Of a DNA stretch of 64,000 nt, positions 37,300-48,270 are shown piece after piece. Under the pieces are notes generated by a model. That model did no database searches. It had not been told where the DNA came from and worked only from the letters and a program-made list of their open reading frames with translations. Every line of letters starts with the position of its first letter. The stretch's first letter is position 1. Origin of the DNA: Syntrophales bacterium (GTDB lineage Bacteria; Desulfobacterota; Syntrophia; Syntrophales; PHBD01). The DNA is taken from NCBI GenBank assembly GCA_035363115.1, contig DAOSEM010000001.1, forward strand, positions 335,356-399,355, in the 5' to 3' direction. A program made the position numbers and the translations under genes.

Positions 37300-37335
37300 A
37301 AAGGCAGGGCACAGAGCCCTGCCTTTCTTCTTTGG
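37300..37335 (+). terminator. intrinsic terminator
   Basis: GGCAGGGC (37303-10), loop ACAGA, GCCCTGCC (37316-23), then TTTCTTCTTT. It lies 20 nt after the abfD-like stop. Confidence 0.7.
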
Positions 37336-37780
37336 GGCAGCGGATGGTACCCGCCGCCACGCCGGTAACGCCCTTCCGGCACTCCCTGCCAGGGCTCGAA
37401 GCGATGCGGACGTCGATGGGGGTGCAAAGCATTCCCGCCCCGTCGTCTGCCTGGAGTTGAGAAGGATCCCCGATGCATTGCCGTGAGATCCTTCCATATT
37501 GATTCGGGAAGATGCCTGTTTATGCCCGAAGCAACAGCCGATCCGGTGCAGAAAGGACTTGCAACCACTTCCCCTTTGCACTATGATCGCGGGCTGTAAA
37601 ATATAAGTATTTAAGATTCTTGGGGTATTCCCATTTCTGGCTGGTCCGGCGGTTCCTTTGCCAAGCCGTCGTCGTTCGGTTCAGAACGTGTACGGCGGCG
37701 ATGAAGGGTTCGTTATCCCAGGCCTTCCGCAACAAGGGCCGGGAAAATGCCGGTACCCGGGAATCGGAGCAGGTTGTACC

Positions 37781-38488
37781 ATGAGCAGAAAAAAGAGGAT
37801 CGTTGTCCTGGCGGCAATGCTGGTTCTGGTGTCCGCCGCCGCGGCGTATGCCCTGCGGGGAGAGATCGTGGAGGTGGCCCTCTACCGGAACGCAAAGATG
37901 GTCAACGGCGTTCCGGCGGGCTGGAAGATCATGCGCCATTCCGGCACGCCGGTCATCCGGCTGGAGAAATTCGGCGATGCCTACTATGTGCGCATGATCA
38001 GCGATTCCCGGTCGGGTTTCGGCATTGAAAAGGAAGTCAGTGTCGACCTAAGGGAATACCCCTACCTGAACTGGACCTGGACGGCGACGAAGCTGCCCCG
38101 GGGCGGCGATGTCCGGAAATCCGCCACCGACGACCAGGCGCTCCAGATCTATGTTGTCCTGCCTACAACTGGATTCCCGGAGCAGCTGAACTACCCGATC
38201 CTTACCTATGTCTGGGACAATGAGGCCCCGAAGGGACTGGTCACCAAGAGTCCCAAGCCCCTCATGAAAAAGATCCGCTACGTCGTTGTCCGCAACAAGA
38301 CGGACCGCCTCGGCACGTGGTACACGGAGAAGCGGAATGTGTACGAGGATTTCCGGAAGGTTTTCCGGGACGTGGACGGCGGTGAGCCCCGGGGGGCTAC
38401 GCACGGGCTGCGCTTCTACATCAACTCGCAGAACACCAAGAGCCAGGCGGAAGGCTACATCGGCGAAGTCTTCTTCAGCAAGTCCTGA
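37781..38488 (+). CDS. DUF3047 domain protein (secreted)
   Basis: Signal peptide MSRKKRIVVLAAMLVLVSAAAAYA...LNWTWTATKLPRGGDVRKSATDDQALQIYVVL. Confidence 0.75.
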   Translation: MSRKKRIVVLAAMLVLVSAAAAYALRGEIVEVALYRNAKMVNGVPAGWKIMRHSGTPVIRLEKFGDAYYVRMISDSRSGFGIEKEVSVDLREYPYLNWTWTATKLPRGGDVRKSATDDQALQIYVVLPTTGFPEQLNYPILTYVWDNEAPKGLVTKSPKPLMKKIRYVVVRNKTDRLGTWYTEKRNVYEDFRKVFRDVDGGEPRGATHGLRFYINSQNTKSQAEGYIGEVFFSKS

Positions 38489-38527
38489 CAACCCCCGGAT
38501 TTTCGTTTCCTGACCTGCAGGACCACC

Positions 38528-38558
38528 GGGCCGGCTTTCCACTCACGGATGCCGGCCC
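38528..38558. terminator. hairpin between convergent genes (possible bidirectional terminator)
   Basis: GGGCCGGC (38528-35), 15-nt loop, GCCGGCCC (38551-58), followed by CTTTCGGTT. The U-tract is weak. Confidence 0.4.
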
Positions 38559-38569
38559 CTTTCGGTTCC

Positions 38570-39256
38570 TCACTCTCCCGCCGCCACCCGGATCCGGTTT
38601 ACCGCCCGGTGGGCCTGGCGGACCGGTTCCGGCAGGCGATAGCCCCGGCAGCAGGATAGGATGATCCCGACGGCCTTCTCCAGGCCGATCCGGTGTCCCT
38701 GGGAGACGTACACGGGCTTTACCCGGTCCCGCGTCCTGAGTGCGGTGCCGACGATGGCGCCGTCCGCCAGGAGATCCGCCCTGTTTCCCGTCTCCATGCC
38801 CACTTCACCGTGTATTCCATAGAGCCGGGTCTTGGCGCAGCCGATCGCCGGCAGGTCGAGAAACAGCCCCAGGTGGGAGGCGAGGCCGAATCCGCGCGGA
38901 TGGGCGATTCCCTGTCCGTCGAAGAGAACCGCGTCGGGATTGCGGCGCAGCCGCCTGAAGGCCTTCAGGACGACGGGACCTTCCCGGAAGCTGAGGAGGC
39001 CGGGGACGTAGGGGAAGGAGGAACGGTCCTCGGCGGAGGCCTCTTCCAGCAGTTCCAGGGATGGGTAGGCGAGAACGACAACCGCGGCGAAGAAGCGGTC
39101 GCTCCCCCGGGCGTAGGAAACGTCGGCCCCGGCAATGGTCTGCAGGGAGGAGGGAAAGGACCGGTCGTCCAAAATCAGCCGCTCCCGCAGCTGTTGCTGA
39201 AGGGCGATGGCCTCTTGGCAGCACAGGTCCCAGGGATGGAGGCTACGGGCCCTCAT
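38570..39256 (-). CDS. nfi: endonuclease V
   Basis: IAGADVSY...FPYVPGLLSFREGP...DGQGIAHPRGFGLASHLG. Confidence 0.85.
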   Translation of the reverse strand: MRARSLHPWDLCCQEAIALQQQLRERLILDDRSFPSSLQTIAGADVSYARGSDRFFAAVVVLAYPSLELLEEASAEDRSSFPYVPGLLSFREGPVVLKAFRRLRRNPDAVLFDGQGIAHPRGFGLASHLGLFLDLPAIGCAKTRLYGIHGEVGMETGNRADLLADGAIVGTALRTRDRVKPVYVSQGHRIGLEKAVGIILSCCRGYRLPEPVRQAHRAVNRIRVAAGE

Positions 39257-40196
39257 CGGGATTTTCCAGCCAGTCCGCCAGGATGCTCTCTGCTTTGGCC
39301 ACATCGGCGCGGATCTGCGTCACCAGCGCCTCGGGACCGTCGAACTTCATCTCCGGCCGGAGGCGGTCGATGAAGAGGATCTCCAGCGATTCCCCGTACA
39401 GGTCGCCCCGGAAGTCGAGGATGAAGACCTCCACCGACAGCTCCGAGTCTCCGAACGTCGGATTGTAGCCGATGTTGAGAACGGACTTCATGGAGCGGCC
39501 GTCCATTTTCGTGACGGCGGCGTAAACGCCCCGGGCCGGCAGGAGCTCCTTCCCGGGCCGGACGTTTGCCGTCGGGAAACCCAGCCCCGTGCCGCGGCGG
39601 TGGCCGTGGACGACCCGGCCGGCCACGTTGTAGGGACGGCCGAGGAGGCGCCGGGCCGTGCGGACGTCGCCGTCGAAGATGGCGTTCCGGATCCGGGTGC
39701 TGCTGATGACGTCGCCGCTCCCCGAGACGGCCCCAAGGGCCTCCACGTCGAAGCCGAGGGTCTTCCCCCAGCGGACCAGGAATGCCTCGTTTCCCTCCTT
39801 GCCTCGGCCGAACCGGTAATCGTGGCCGATCAGGATCTTCCGGATGTGGAGCCGCTTCCAGAGGACGTCCCGGACAAAGGATTCTGCGGAAAGAGCGGCA
39901 AAGTCCAGGTCGAAGGGGATCAGCAGGAGAGCGTCGACGCCGGTGGCGGCAATCTCCCGGATTTTTTCCTCCGGCGTCGTGATCAGGTAGAAGGGCCGGC
40001 GATCGGCCCGGAGAACGCTTTTCGGATGCGGCTCGAAGGTGATGACCAGGACGGGCGCCCCGGAGGGACGCGCCTCCTCGATGAGCCGGCGGAATATGGA
40101 TCGGTGGCCCCGGTGCACACCGTCAAAATTGCCGATGGTGACGAATGCTCCCTCCAGTTCCCGGGGGATTTCCTCCAGACTGCGGATGACCTCCAT
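39243..40196 (-). CDS. ribF: bifunctional riboflavin kinase / FAD synthetase
   Basis: TIGNFDGVHRGH...GFPTANV...YGESLEILFIDRLRPEMKF. Confidence 0.9.
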   Translation of the reverse strand: MEVIRSLEEIPRELEGAFVTIGNFDGVHRGHRSIFRRLIEEARPSGAPVLVITFEPHPKSVLRADRRPFYLITTPEEKIREIAATGVDALLLIPFDLDFAALSAESFVRDVLWKRLHIRKILIGHDYRFGRGKEGNEAFLVRWGKTLGFDVEALGAVSGSGDVISSTRIRNAIFDGDVRTARRLLGRPYNVAGRVVHGHRRGTGLGFPTANVRPGKELLPARGVYAAVTKMDGRSMKSVLNIGYNPTFGDSELSVEVFILDFRGDLYGESLEILFIDRLRPEMKFDGPEALVTQIRADVAKAESILADWLENPDEGP

Positions 40197-40274
40197 GCTT
40201 TCCCTTTCCGCTGGCCTGCCCCGTCCGATTCCTTGTGAATCCGCCACTGGCGCGGCCCGGGCGGATCATTTTCC

Positions 40275-40304
40275 TTGACAGGGGATTGGCGATTCGTGTA
40301 GAAA
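40275..40304 (+). promoter_or_regulatory. candidate sigma-70 promoter of tRNA-Leu
   Basis: TTGACA (40275-80), 18 nt spacer, TAGAAA (40299-304), about 30 nt upstream of the tRNA 5' end. Confidence 0.35.
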
Positions 40305-40336
40305 CAAACGCTCTTTTGAGATGCACCAGCCTTTTT

Positions 40337-40424
40337 GCCGAAGTGGCGGAATTTGGTAGACGCGCTAGGTTCAGGGTCTAGTGGGCGTACGCCTGTCCGG
40401 GTTCAAATCCCGGCTTCGGCACCA
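40337..40424 (+). tRNA. tRNA-Leu (anticodon CAG), class II with long variable arm, encoded CCA
   Basis: Hand-folded. Acceptor GCCGAAG/CTTCGGC, anticodon stem CTAGG/TCTAG with loop TTCAGGG, variable arm GGGCG-TA-CGCC, T-arm CCGGG-TTCAAAT-CCCGG, 3' ACCA. Confidence 0.9.
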
Positions 40425-40435
40425 TATATACAGAC

Positions 40436-40464
40436 GGGGGCGCTCTGTCAAGCAGGGCGCCCCC
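40436..40464. terminator. GC-rich hairpin between the tRNA and the 3' end of the convergent synthase/phosphorylase gene
   Basis: GGGGGCGCTCTG, loop TCAAG, CAGGGCGCCCCC (12 bp, one mismatch). There is no clear U-tract. Confidence 0.4.
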
Positions 40465-40602
40465 TCTGCATTCCGGACCGGGTTCGCTTTTGCTGCGGTC
40501 CTCTCACCCATTGTTCCGTCTTCTCCCTGCTCATGGCTCCTCTAAGCCGGGAGTGGTCCTGCCGGCACGCCTGATGTTCAGCGTGAGCGGTTTTGTGCGT
40601 GC

Positions 40603-43600
40603 CTACCCCCAGAGAATCAGCCCCATCTCCTGGAGCGTTGCCAGCTGCGGATGGAACGGCAGTACGCGGATCCCGTAGGAGAACATCCCGTTTTCCCGAA
40701 CGGTGTACTCGCCGGAAAAGACCAGCATGCCGCTTTTCTCCACGTCCGCGACTTTCAGGGGGACTCGTTGCGGAGAGCCGGTAAAGCCGTGGCTGTCCCG
40801 GAGGCCGACGACCATCTCCACGAGAATCTCCTCGGGTGCCATCTTTCCCGGATCGATCCGGACCTGGACGGACAGGGGCTGGTCCACCACGATCGTGTCC
40901 CCGTGGATGCCCCCGATGGACACTTCCTGGAGTTTCAGGGAGGAGAACCGCATGGGCACCTTGCGCTTCCAGTCGACGATCGTGCGGGCCAGGGCGAACC
41001 CCTCCGACGTCAGCTCCTGATCCCGCTGCGCCGCGGGCCGGTACATCAGGCTGTAATACTCGGAAAGCATCCGCTCGGTGTTGAATTTTGGAACCAGGGT
41101 CTGCATGGAGCGTTTGACCGCGGCCATCCAGCGTTCCGGAACCCCGGAAAGATCGCGGTCATAGAAGGTGGGGATCACGGTTTCCTCGAGGAGATCGTAG
41201 AGATCCCGCCCGTCCTCCTCGTCGGCATTGGGCCGCTCCTCCACCTGTTGCCGCACCAGCGGGCCCATCGTCCAGCCGTTTGTCCCGTCGAAGCCCTCGG
41301 GCCACCATCCGTCGGAGACGCTCAAGTTCAGGACGCCGTTGGCTGCCACCTTCATGCCGCTTGTACCGCTGGCCTCGTAGGGGCGCCGGGGTGTGTTGAG
41401 CCAGAGATCGACTCCCTGGACCAGCATCCGTGCGCTGCCGAGGGAATAGTCTTCGATGAAGAAGATGCGGCCCCGGAACCGGACGTCCCGGCAGACGTCG
41501 ATGACGCGCTTCACGAGGTTCTTCCCCATGTCGTCGTTGGGGTGGGCCTTGCCGGCGAAGAGGATGTGCACCGGCCGGGTCGGATGGTTGACGATGCGGT
41601 CCAGCCGGTCCAGGTCCGACAGGAGCAGGTCCGCCCGCTTGTACGGCGCGAAGCGGCGTGCGAATCCGATCAGGAGCGCCGAAGGATTCAGCCGGGAAAA
41701 CATGTCCTCCCTCCAGTTTTTCCAGGAGGGAAACTTTGTGTCCGTCGCGGCGGTATAATCCCGGAGGTAGTCGAGCAGCCGCTGTTTCATCTCGTGGCGG
41801 ATCCGCCAGAGCTGAATATCCGGGATGTCCTGGATGCGCCGCCAGCGTTCCGGATCCGTCAGGTGCTTTTCCCAGTCCATTCCGAGGTACGTGTCGAAGC
41901 ACTCCTTCATCCGGGGGGCGATATAGGACATCACATGGACGCCGTTGGTGATCTGTCCGATGGGAATGTCCGAATCGTCGAACCCCTTCCAGACGTCCCG
42001 CCACATGTGCCGGGCCACCTGCCCGTGGAGGTTGCTCACGGCGTTGCTCCGGTGGGACATCTTGAGGGCCAGGATGGTCATGAAGAACGGCTTGTCGTCG
42101 CCCCGTTCCTTCCGGCCGAGGTCCCAGAACCGGGCCCAGGACAGGCCGAAGCGCTTCATGTATCCTCCGAGGTACGACTCGATCAGGTCCTTCGAGAAGC
42201 GCTCGTTTCCCGCTTCCACGGGGGTGTGTGTGGTGAAGACCGTGCTGCCGTGGACGACCTCCGCCGCCTCCTCCAGGGACAGCCCCTCCCCGCTCATCAG
42301 GTCGGCGGTCCGCTCGAAGATCAGGAATGCCGAGTGTCCCTCGTTGATGTGATAGACCCGGGGACGGATGCCCAGCTTCTTCAGGAGGCGGACTCCCCCC
42401 GCTCCCAGCAGGATCTCCTGCTCGATCCGCACTCGCGGGTCGGCCCCGTAGAGACGGGACGTAATGGAGCGGTCCTGGAGTGTGTTCCTCGGAACATCCG
42501 TGTCCAGGAGGTAGAGAGATACACGGCCCACCTTGATTTCCCAGATGTTTGCGTACAGGGTGCGCCCGGGGAGCTCCAGGGAGATCTGGACATCCGCTCC
42601 CAGATCGTCACGGACGATCTGCACGGGCAGGCTGGAGAAGTCGTTCTCGGGATACTCGGCGACCTGGATGCCGTTCCGGTCGATGAGTTGCCGGAAGTAG
42701 CCGTTTTTGTAAAGCAGCCCTACCCCGACGAGGGGGATGTTCATGTCGCTGGCGGTCTTGAGATGGTCCCCGGAGAGCGTGCCCAGGCCGCCGGAATAGA
42801 TGGGAAGGCACTCGTGGAGACCATACTCGGTCGAGAAATAGGCCACCGGGCTGGACCAGCGGATGCCGTTTGCGGCGTAGGGGTTGCTGTCGGAGGTCTT
42901 CTCCTCCATGTAGTCGTCGAACTGGCCCATGATCTGGCCGTACAGGGCCATGTAGCTCGGGTTTTCCGCCGCTTCGGAGATCCGCTCGGAGCTCACCGTT
43001 TCGAGCATCCGCACGGGATTGTTTCCCATGTCAAGCCAGAGCTTCGGGTCCAGCGTGGCGAACAGGTCCAGGGCCCGGGGAGTCCAGACCCACCAGAGGT
43101 TGTATGCCAGCTCGCGCAGGCGGCCGATCTTTTCCGGAAGGTGGGCCACCGCGGTGAAGGTCCGGAAATGGGGCTGGGTGGAGGCGGTGCCCGCAAAGAC
43201 GTGCTTCTTCTCGCCATCCTCGGTCACTGCCATCTTGGCGGACCGCTCGAAGGCCGTTCCCAGGGCCCGGTCGTAGGCCGCCAGGTAGGCCCCGTAAAAA
43301 TCGTGCCAGCCGGCATGCAGGGCCAGGAGGCGTGCGCCCTTGCGCATCCGGAGCCAATCCGGCTCCGTCCAGGCAAAGCTTTCCCGGAGGATCTCCTTGA
43401 GCTCCTCCTCCACGGTCGCCGGTTCCTGGTTGCGCCGGTCCAGGATCCTCACGCCGTCATAACCGCCGCTCATCTGCCGGACCCACTGCCCGAACCCGGC
43501 CAGATCGGTGGAGACGGTCGGTACGGCAAAGGCGGCGCACTCCAGGGGGGTGTATCCCCATGGCTCATAATAGGAGGGGAAGACGCCCATGTCGCATCCC

Positions 43601-44856
43601 TGGAGGGCTTCATAGTAGGGAAGGTTGAGAAAACCGTCTTTCCCATCCAGCGGGGCCGGAACGAAGATGACGCTGACCCGGTTTTCGGGCATGTTCCGGA
43701 GACCCAGCCGCTTGCAGGTCTCCATGACAGGATCCGAGGCCCCGTAGTGAAGGCGGTGCGTGGCGATGGGAAGCGGACCCGAATCGGTCCGCGTATAGTG
43801 CTCCTTGAGAGAGGGCAGCAGGTCCATGTGGCCGCCCATGACGAAGAGGAAGGCCACGGCCGACTGTTCCGCTTCGAGTTCCCGCTCGAGGCGGCCCAGG
43901 GCTCCGAGGAACACGTCGATCCCCTTGTTGTGGAACTCGTAGCGGCCGGATGTCAGGAAAATCCGCGAGCTTTGCGGGAGGTCGCGGCGGAGGAACCGGG
44001 AGGCCGCCTCCAGCAGGATCCTTCTCGACGTCTCCGACGGTTCCCGGTCTTCCGTCAGGTCCGGGATGGTTTCCATGTCCAGCCCGTTGGGGGTGATCAC
44101 GTCGGGTGACCGGCCGAGGATGTTGCGGGCCTCCAGGGCGGTGATCTCGCTGACCGTCGTGAAGCAGTCGGCCTCCCGGGCCGCCACCTGCTCCATGGAA
44201 AATTTCGCGCTGATGTTGTGGACCACGGCCTCTCTCTGGGGAGACAGGTGTTCCATCGAACCGTACAGGTCCATGCCGGTGCCCGAGAGGGTGCGGCCCA
44301 GGATGGTGGCGTGGGTGGTGAATACGGTTGCCATCTCGGGAATCCGCCGCTTCAGGTAGAGAAGACCCGCCCCGCACATCCATTCGTGAAAGTGGGCGAT
44401 CGCGGGGTTGCCGGCGGGCCTGGCCAGGACGTTGTACGCCGTTTCGATGACCTCTCCCGCGGCACTGCTGAACATGACGGGCTCCACGTAGTCCCAGCCG
44501 CCGGTCATCGAATCGACCCCCCAGTTTTCCCAGATCCGGAAGAGAAGCTGGTCCTTGTCGTAGCGGTTGCGGAACTCCACGAGGATGACTTTCGGACGTC
44601 CCGGAATCCGCCACCGGCCGAAGCGGCAGGGGAGTTCCTTGATGGCCGTTGCTTCGCGGATCCGGTTCCAGCATTCCTCGTCCGTTTCCTCGAACTCGGT
44701 GTAGTTCTTGAGATCCGGACCCAGCAGGATGCAGCGGTCTCCGAAGGTGCGCAGGACCTCCCGCATCTTGCTCGTGAGGACGGTGTGGATCCCGCCTACC
44801 TTGTTGCATACCTCCCAGCTGACCTCAAACAGGTAGGTGTTCCGGTGTTCCGTCAT
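40603..44856 (-). CDS. fusion protein: GT3-type glycogen synthase (N-terminal) + alpha-glucan phosphorylase GT35 (C-terminal), 1417 aa
   Basis: N-terminus YLFEVSWEVCNKVGGIHTVLTSK resembles the eukaryote-type glycogen synthase signature. The C-terminal half carries YNLWWVWTP... (DUF3417-like) and EASGTSGMKVAANGVLNLSVSDGWW (PLP-Lys motif of phosphorylases). ATG 44856 is preferred over the TTG at 44898. Confidence 0.85.
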   Translation of the reverse strand: MTEHRNTYLFEVSWEVCNKVGGIHTVLTSKMREVLRTFGDRCILLGPDLKNYTEFEETDEECWNRIREATAIKELPCRFGRWRIPGRPKVILVEFRNRYDKDQLLFRIWENWGVDSMTGGWDYVEPVMFSSAAGEVIETAYNVLARPAGNPAIAHFHEWMCGAGLLYLKRRIPEMATVFTTHATILGRTLSGTGMDLYGSMEHLSPQREAVVHNISAKFSMEQVAAREADCFTTVSEITALEARNILGRSPDVITPNGLDMETIPDLTEDREPSETSRRILLEAASRFLRRDLPQSSRIFLTSGRYEFHNKGIDVFLGALGRLERELEAEQSAVAFLFVMGGHMDLLPSLKEHYTRTDSGPLPIATHRLHYGASDPVMETCKRLGLRNMPENRVSVIFVPAPLDGKDGFLNLPYYEALQGCDMGVFPSYYEPWGYTPLECAAFAVPTVSTDLAGFGQWVRQMSGGYDGVRILDRRNQEPATVEEELKEILRESFAWTEPDWLRMRKGARLLALHAGWHDFYGAYLAAYDRALGTAFERSAKMAVTEDGEKKHVFAGTASTQPHFRTFTAVAHLPEKIGRLRELAYNLWWVWTPRALDLFATLDPKLWLDMGNNPVRMLETVSSERISEAAENPSYMALYGQIMGQFDDYMEEKTSDSNPYAANGIRWSSPVAYFSTEYGLHECLPIYSGGLGTLSGDHLKTASDMNIPLVGVGLLYKNGYFRQLIDRNGIQVAEYPENDFSSLPVQIVRDDLGADVQISLELPGRTLYANIWEIKVGRVSLYLLDTDVPRNTLQDRSITSRLYGADPRVRIEQEILLGAGGVRLLKKLGIRPRVYHINEGHSAFLIFERTADLMSGEGLSLEEAAEVVHGSTVFTTHTPVEAGNERFSKDLIESYLGGYMKRFGLSWARFWDLGRKERGDDKPFFMTILALKMSHRSNAVSNLHGQVARHMWRDVWKGFDDSDIPIGQITNGVHVMSYIAPRMKECFDTYLGMDWEKHLTDPERWRRIQDIPDIQLWRIRHEMKQRLLDYLRDYTAATDTKFPSWKNWREDMFSRLNPSALLIGFARRFAPYKRADLLLSDLDRLDRIVNHPTRPVHILFAGKAHPNDDMGKNLVKRVIDVCRDVRFRGRIFFIEDYSLGSARMLVQGVDLWLNTPRRPYEASGTSGMKVAANGVLNLSVSDGWWPEGFDGTNGWTMGPLVRQQVEERPNADEEDGRDLYDLLEETVIPTFYDRDLSGVPERWMAAVKRSMQTLVPKFNTERMLSEYYSLMYRPAAQRDQELTSEGFALARTIVDWKRKVPMRFSSLKLQEVSIGGIHGDTIVVDQPLSVQVRIDPGKMAPEEILVEMVVGLRDSHGFTGSPQRVPLKVADVEKSGMLVFSGEYTVRENGMFSYGIRVLPFHPQLATLQEMGLILWG

Positions 44857-44894
44857 GAATCGTGCTCCCTGCGCTTGCTGGACCGGCTTCCCGT

Positions 44895-46094
44895 TCAATC
44901 CCCGGGGGGCAGGAGCCGGTAGATGCCGTCAATGATTTCCGCCGCAGCCTGCCACCGGACCGCCTCCGCTTCCGTCCGGACCGATTCCGCCAGGGCCGCT
45001 GCCCCGGCCGGATCGGCCAGGAGGTCGAGAATGTTCCGGGCCAGCCCTTCCGTGTCCCAGAAATCGAACTGCCGTGCCGATTTCAGCACTTCCGCGACCC
45101 CCGACTGGCGGGATATGATCACCGGGATACCCCGGCGGGCCGCTTCCAGCGGGGCGATTCCGAAGGGTTCGGAAACGCTGCTCAGCACAAAAAGATCGCA
45201 CGCGGCCAGGGCGTTCTCGACCTCCCGCCCCTCGAGAAATCCGGGAAAGCGGACCCGGTCGGCGATTCCGAGGTCCCGTGCGTGCCGCTTCGCGTCGTCC
45301 AGTCCGTCCCCGTCTCCGGCCATGATGAAGGTCGCCTCCGGCATCTCCCGGAGGACATGCCCGGCGGACTCCAGAAAAAACCGGGGGCCTTTCTGATACG
45401 TGATCCTTCCCAGGAATAGAACGGTTTTCCCGTCCCGGTCCCGAACCGGGAACGGTCCCTCCTCCATGCCCGGATCGGCTGCGTTGTGCGCGACGGTGAC
45501 CCGCTCCGTTGGGATCCCGTAGCGGCTCACGATCATGTTTTTCAGAAAGGCGCTCACAGCGATGACGTGATCCGCCCGCTCCATCCCGTATCGTTCGATT
45601 TCAAAGATGTTCCGGTTGATGTCCTCGCCCCGGCGGTTAAATTCCAGGGAATGGAAATGGAAGACCAGGGGCCTGCCGGAGGTCTCCCGCGCCCGGACCG
45701 CGGCAAAGGCCGTCATCCAGTCGTGGGCGTGAATCACGTCGAAAGCGAGGTCCCGGGCGAGCCAGGACGCCTCTTCGCCGTACCGGATCACCTCCGAGAG
45801 GAGATCCGGCCCGTAGCCGCTCTCCGGAGCCGGATCGGCCGCTCCCTCTTCGCGAAGAGGCGGCTGCAGGTAGGATGCCGGCGTCTGGTAAGGGGTCAGG
45901 GGAGATGGCACGGGCCGCACCTCCATCTCCCGGCTGCCGGCGTTTCCTGTGCCCGATGCCGTGTCACTGCGTGGAAAGACGAGGATCACCTCGTGGCCCA
46001 TCCCGGAAAGGGCGTCCGTGATTCCCCGGCAGGCCGGACCGATGCCGCCGCTGGACCGGGCCGAGAATTCCCAGCCGAACATCAGAACGCGCAA
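44895..46094 (-). CDS. glycosyltransferase family 4 (GT-B) protein
   Basis: MRVLMFGWEFSARSSGGIGPACRGITDAL...; C-terminal SEPFGIAPLEAARRGIPVIIS (EX7E-type motif). Confidence 0.8.
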   Translation of the reverse strand: MRVLMFGWEFSARSSGGIGPACRGITDALSGMGHEVILVFPRSDTASGTGNAGSREMEVRPVPSPLTPYQTPASYLQPPLREEGAADPAPESGYGPDLLSEVIRYGEEASWLARDLAFDVIHAHDWMTAFAAVRARETSGRPLVFHFHSLEFNRRGEDINRNIFEIERYGMERADHVIAVSAFLKNMIVSRYGIPTERVTVAHNAADPGMEEGPFPVRDRDGKTVLFLGRITYQKGPRFFLESAGHVLREMPEATFIMAGDGDGLDDAKRHARDLGIADRVRFPGFLEGREVENALAACDLFVLSSVSEPFGIAPLEAARRGIPVIISRQSGVAEVLKSARQFDFWDTEGLARNILDLLADPAGAAALAESVRTEAEAVRWQAAAEIIDGIYRLLPPGD

Positions 46095-46191
46095 GGGCCT
46101 TCCCTCCGCTTTGCCGTGTTGAGAAATTCTGTCACAGTCAATCCGGGTTGTAAACGGAATTCCCGGCGCGGGTCAGCCGCCCGGAAGCCGC

Positions 46192-48213
<2,022 letters not shown>

Positions 48214-48270
48214 GGCGGCCCCCTGCGGGTTGCGGGATGACGATGATAAGAGGCAACGGTTCCCGTCGGA

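Noticed and set aside
40651-44109. 1152-aa ORF on the plus strand antisense to the synthase/phosphorylase fusion gene
   Set aside because: The translation is low-complexity and Arg/Gly/Pro/Val-rich with no recognisable motifs. The opposite strand encodes a protein with clear GT3 and GT35 signatures. Long antisense ORFs are expected in GC-rich DNA because stop codons are AT-rich.
44896-44898. TTG start (track coordinate 44898) for the synthase/phosphorylase fusion, overlapping the GT4 gene stop
   Set aside because: ATG at 44856 gives MTEHRNTYLFEVSWEV, which matches where homologous synthases begin. The extra 14 residues have no support, although TTG-TGA coupling cannot be excluded.
45886-45901. 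TGGCACGGGCCGCACC as a sigma-54 promoter inside the GT4 gene
   Set aside because: The GC is not at the correct spacing (AC at the -12 position). It is also intragenic and on the strand opposite to the local genes.
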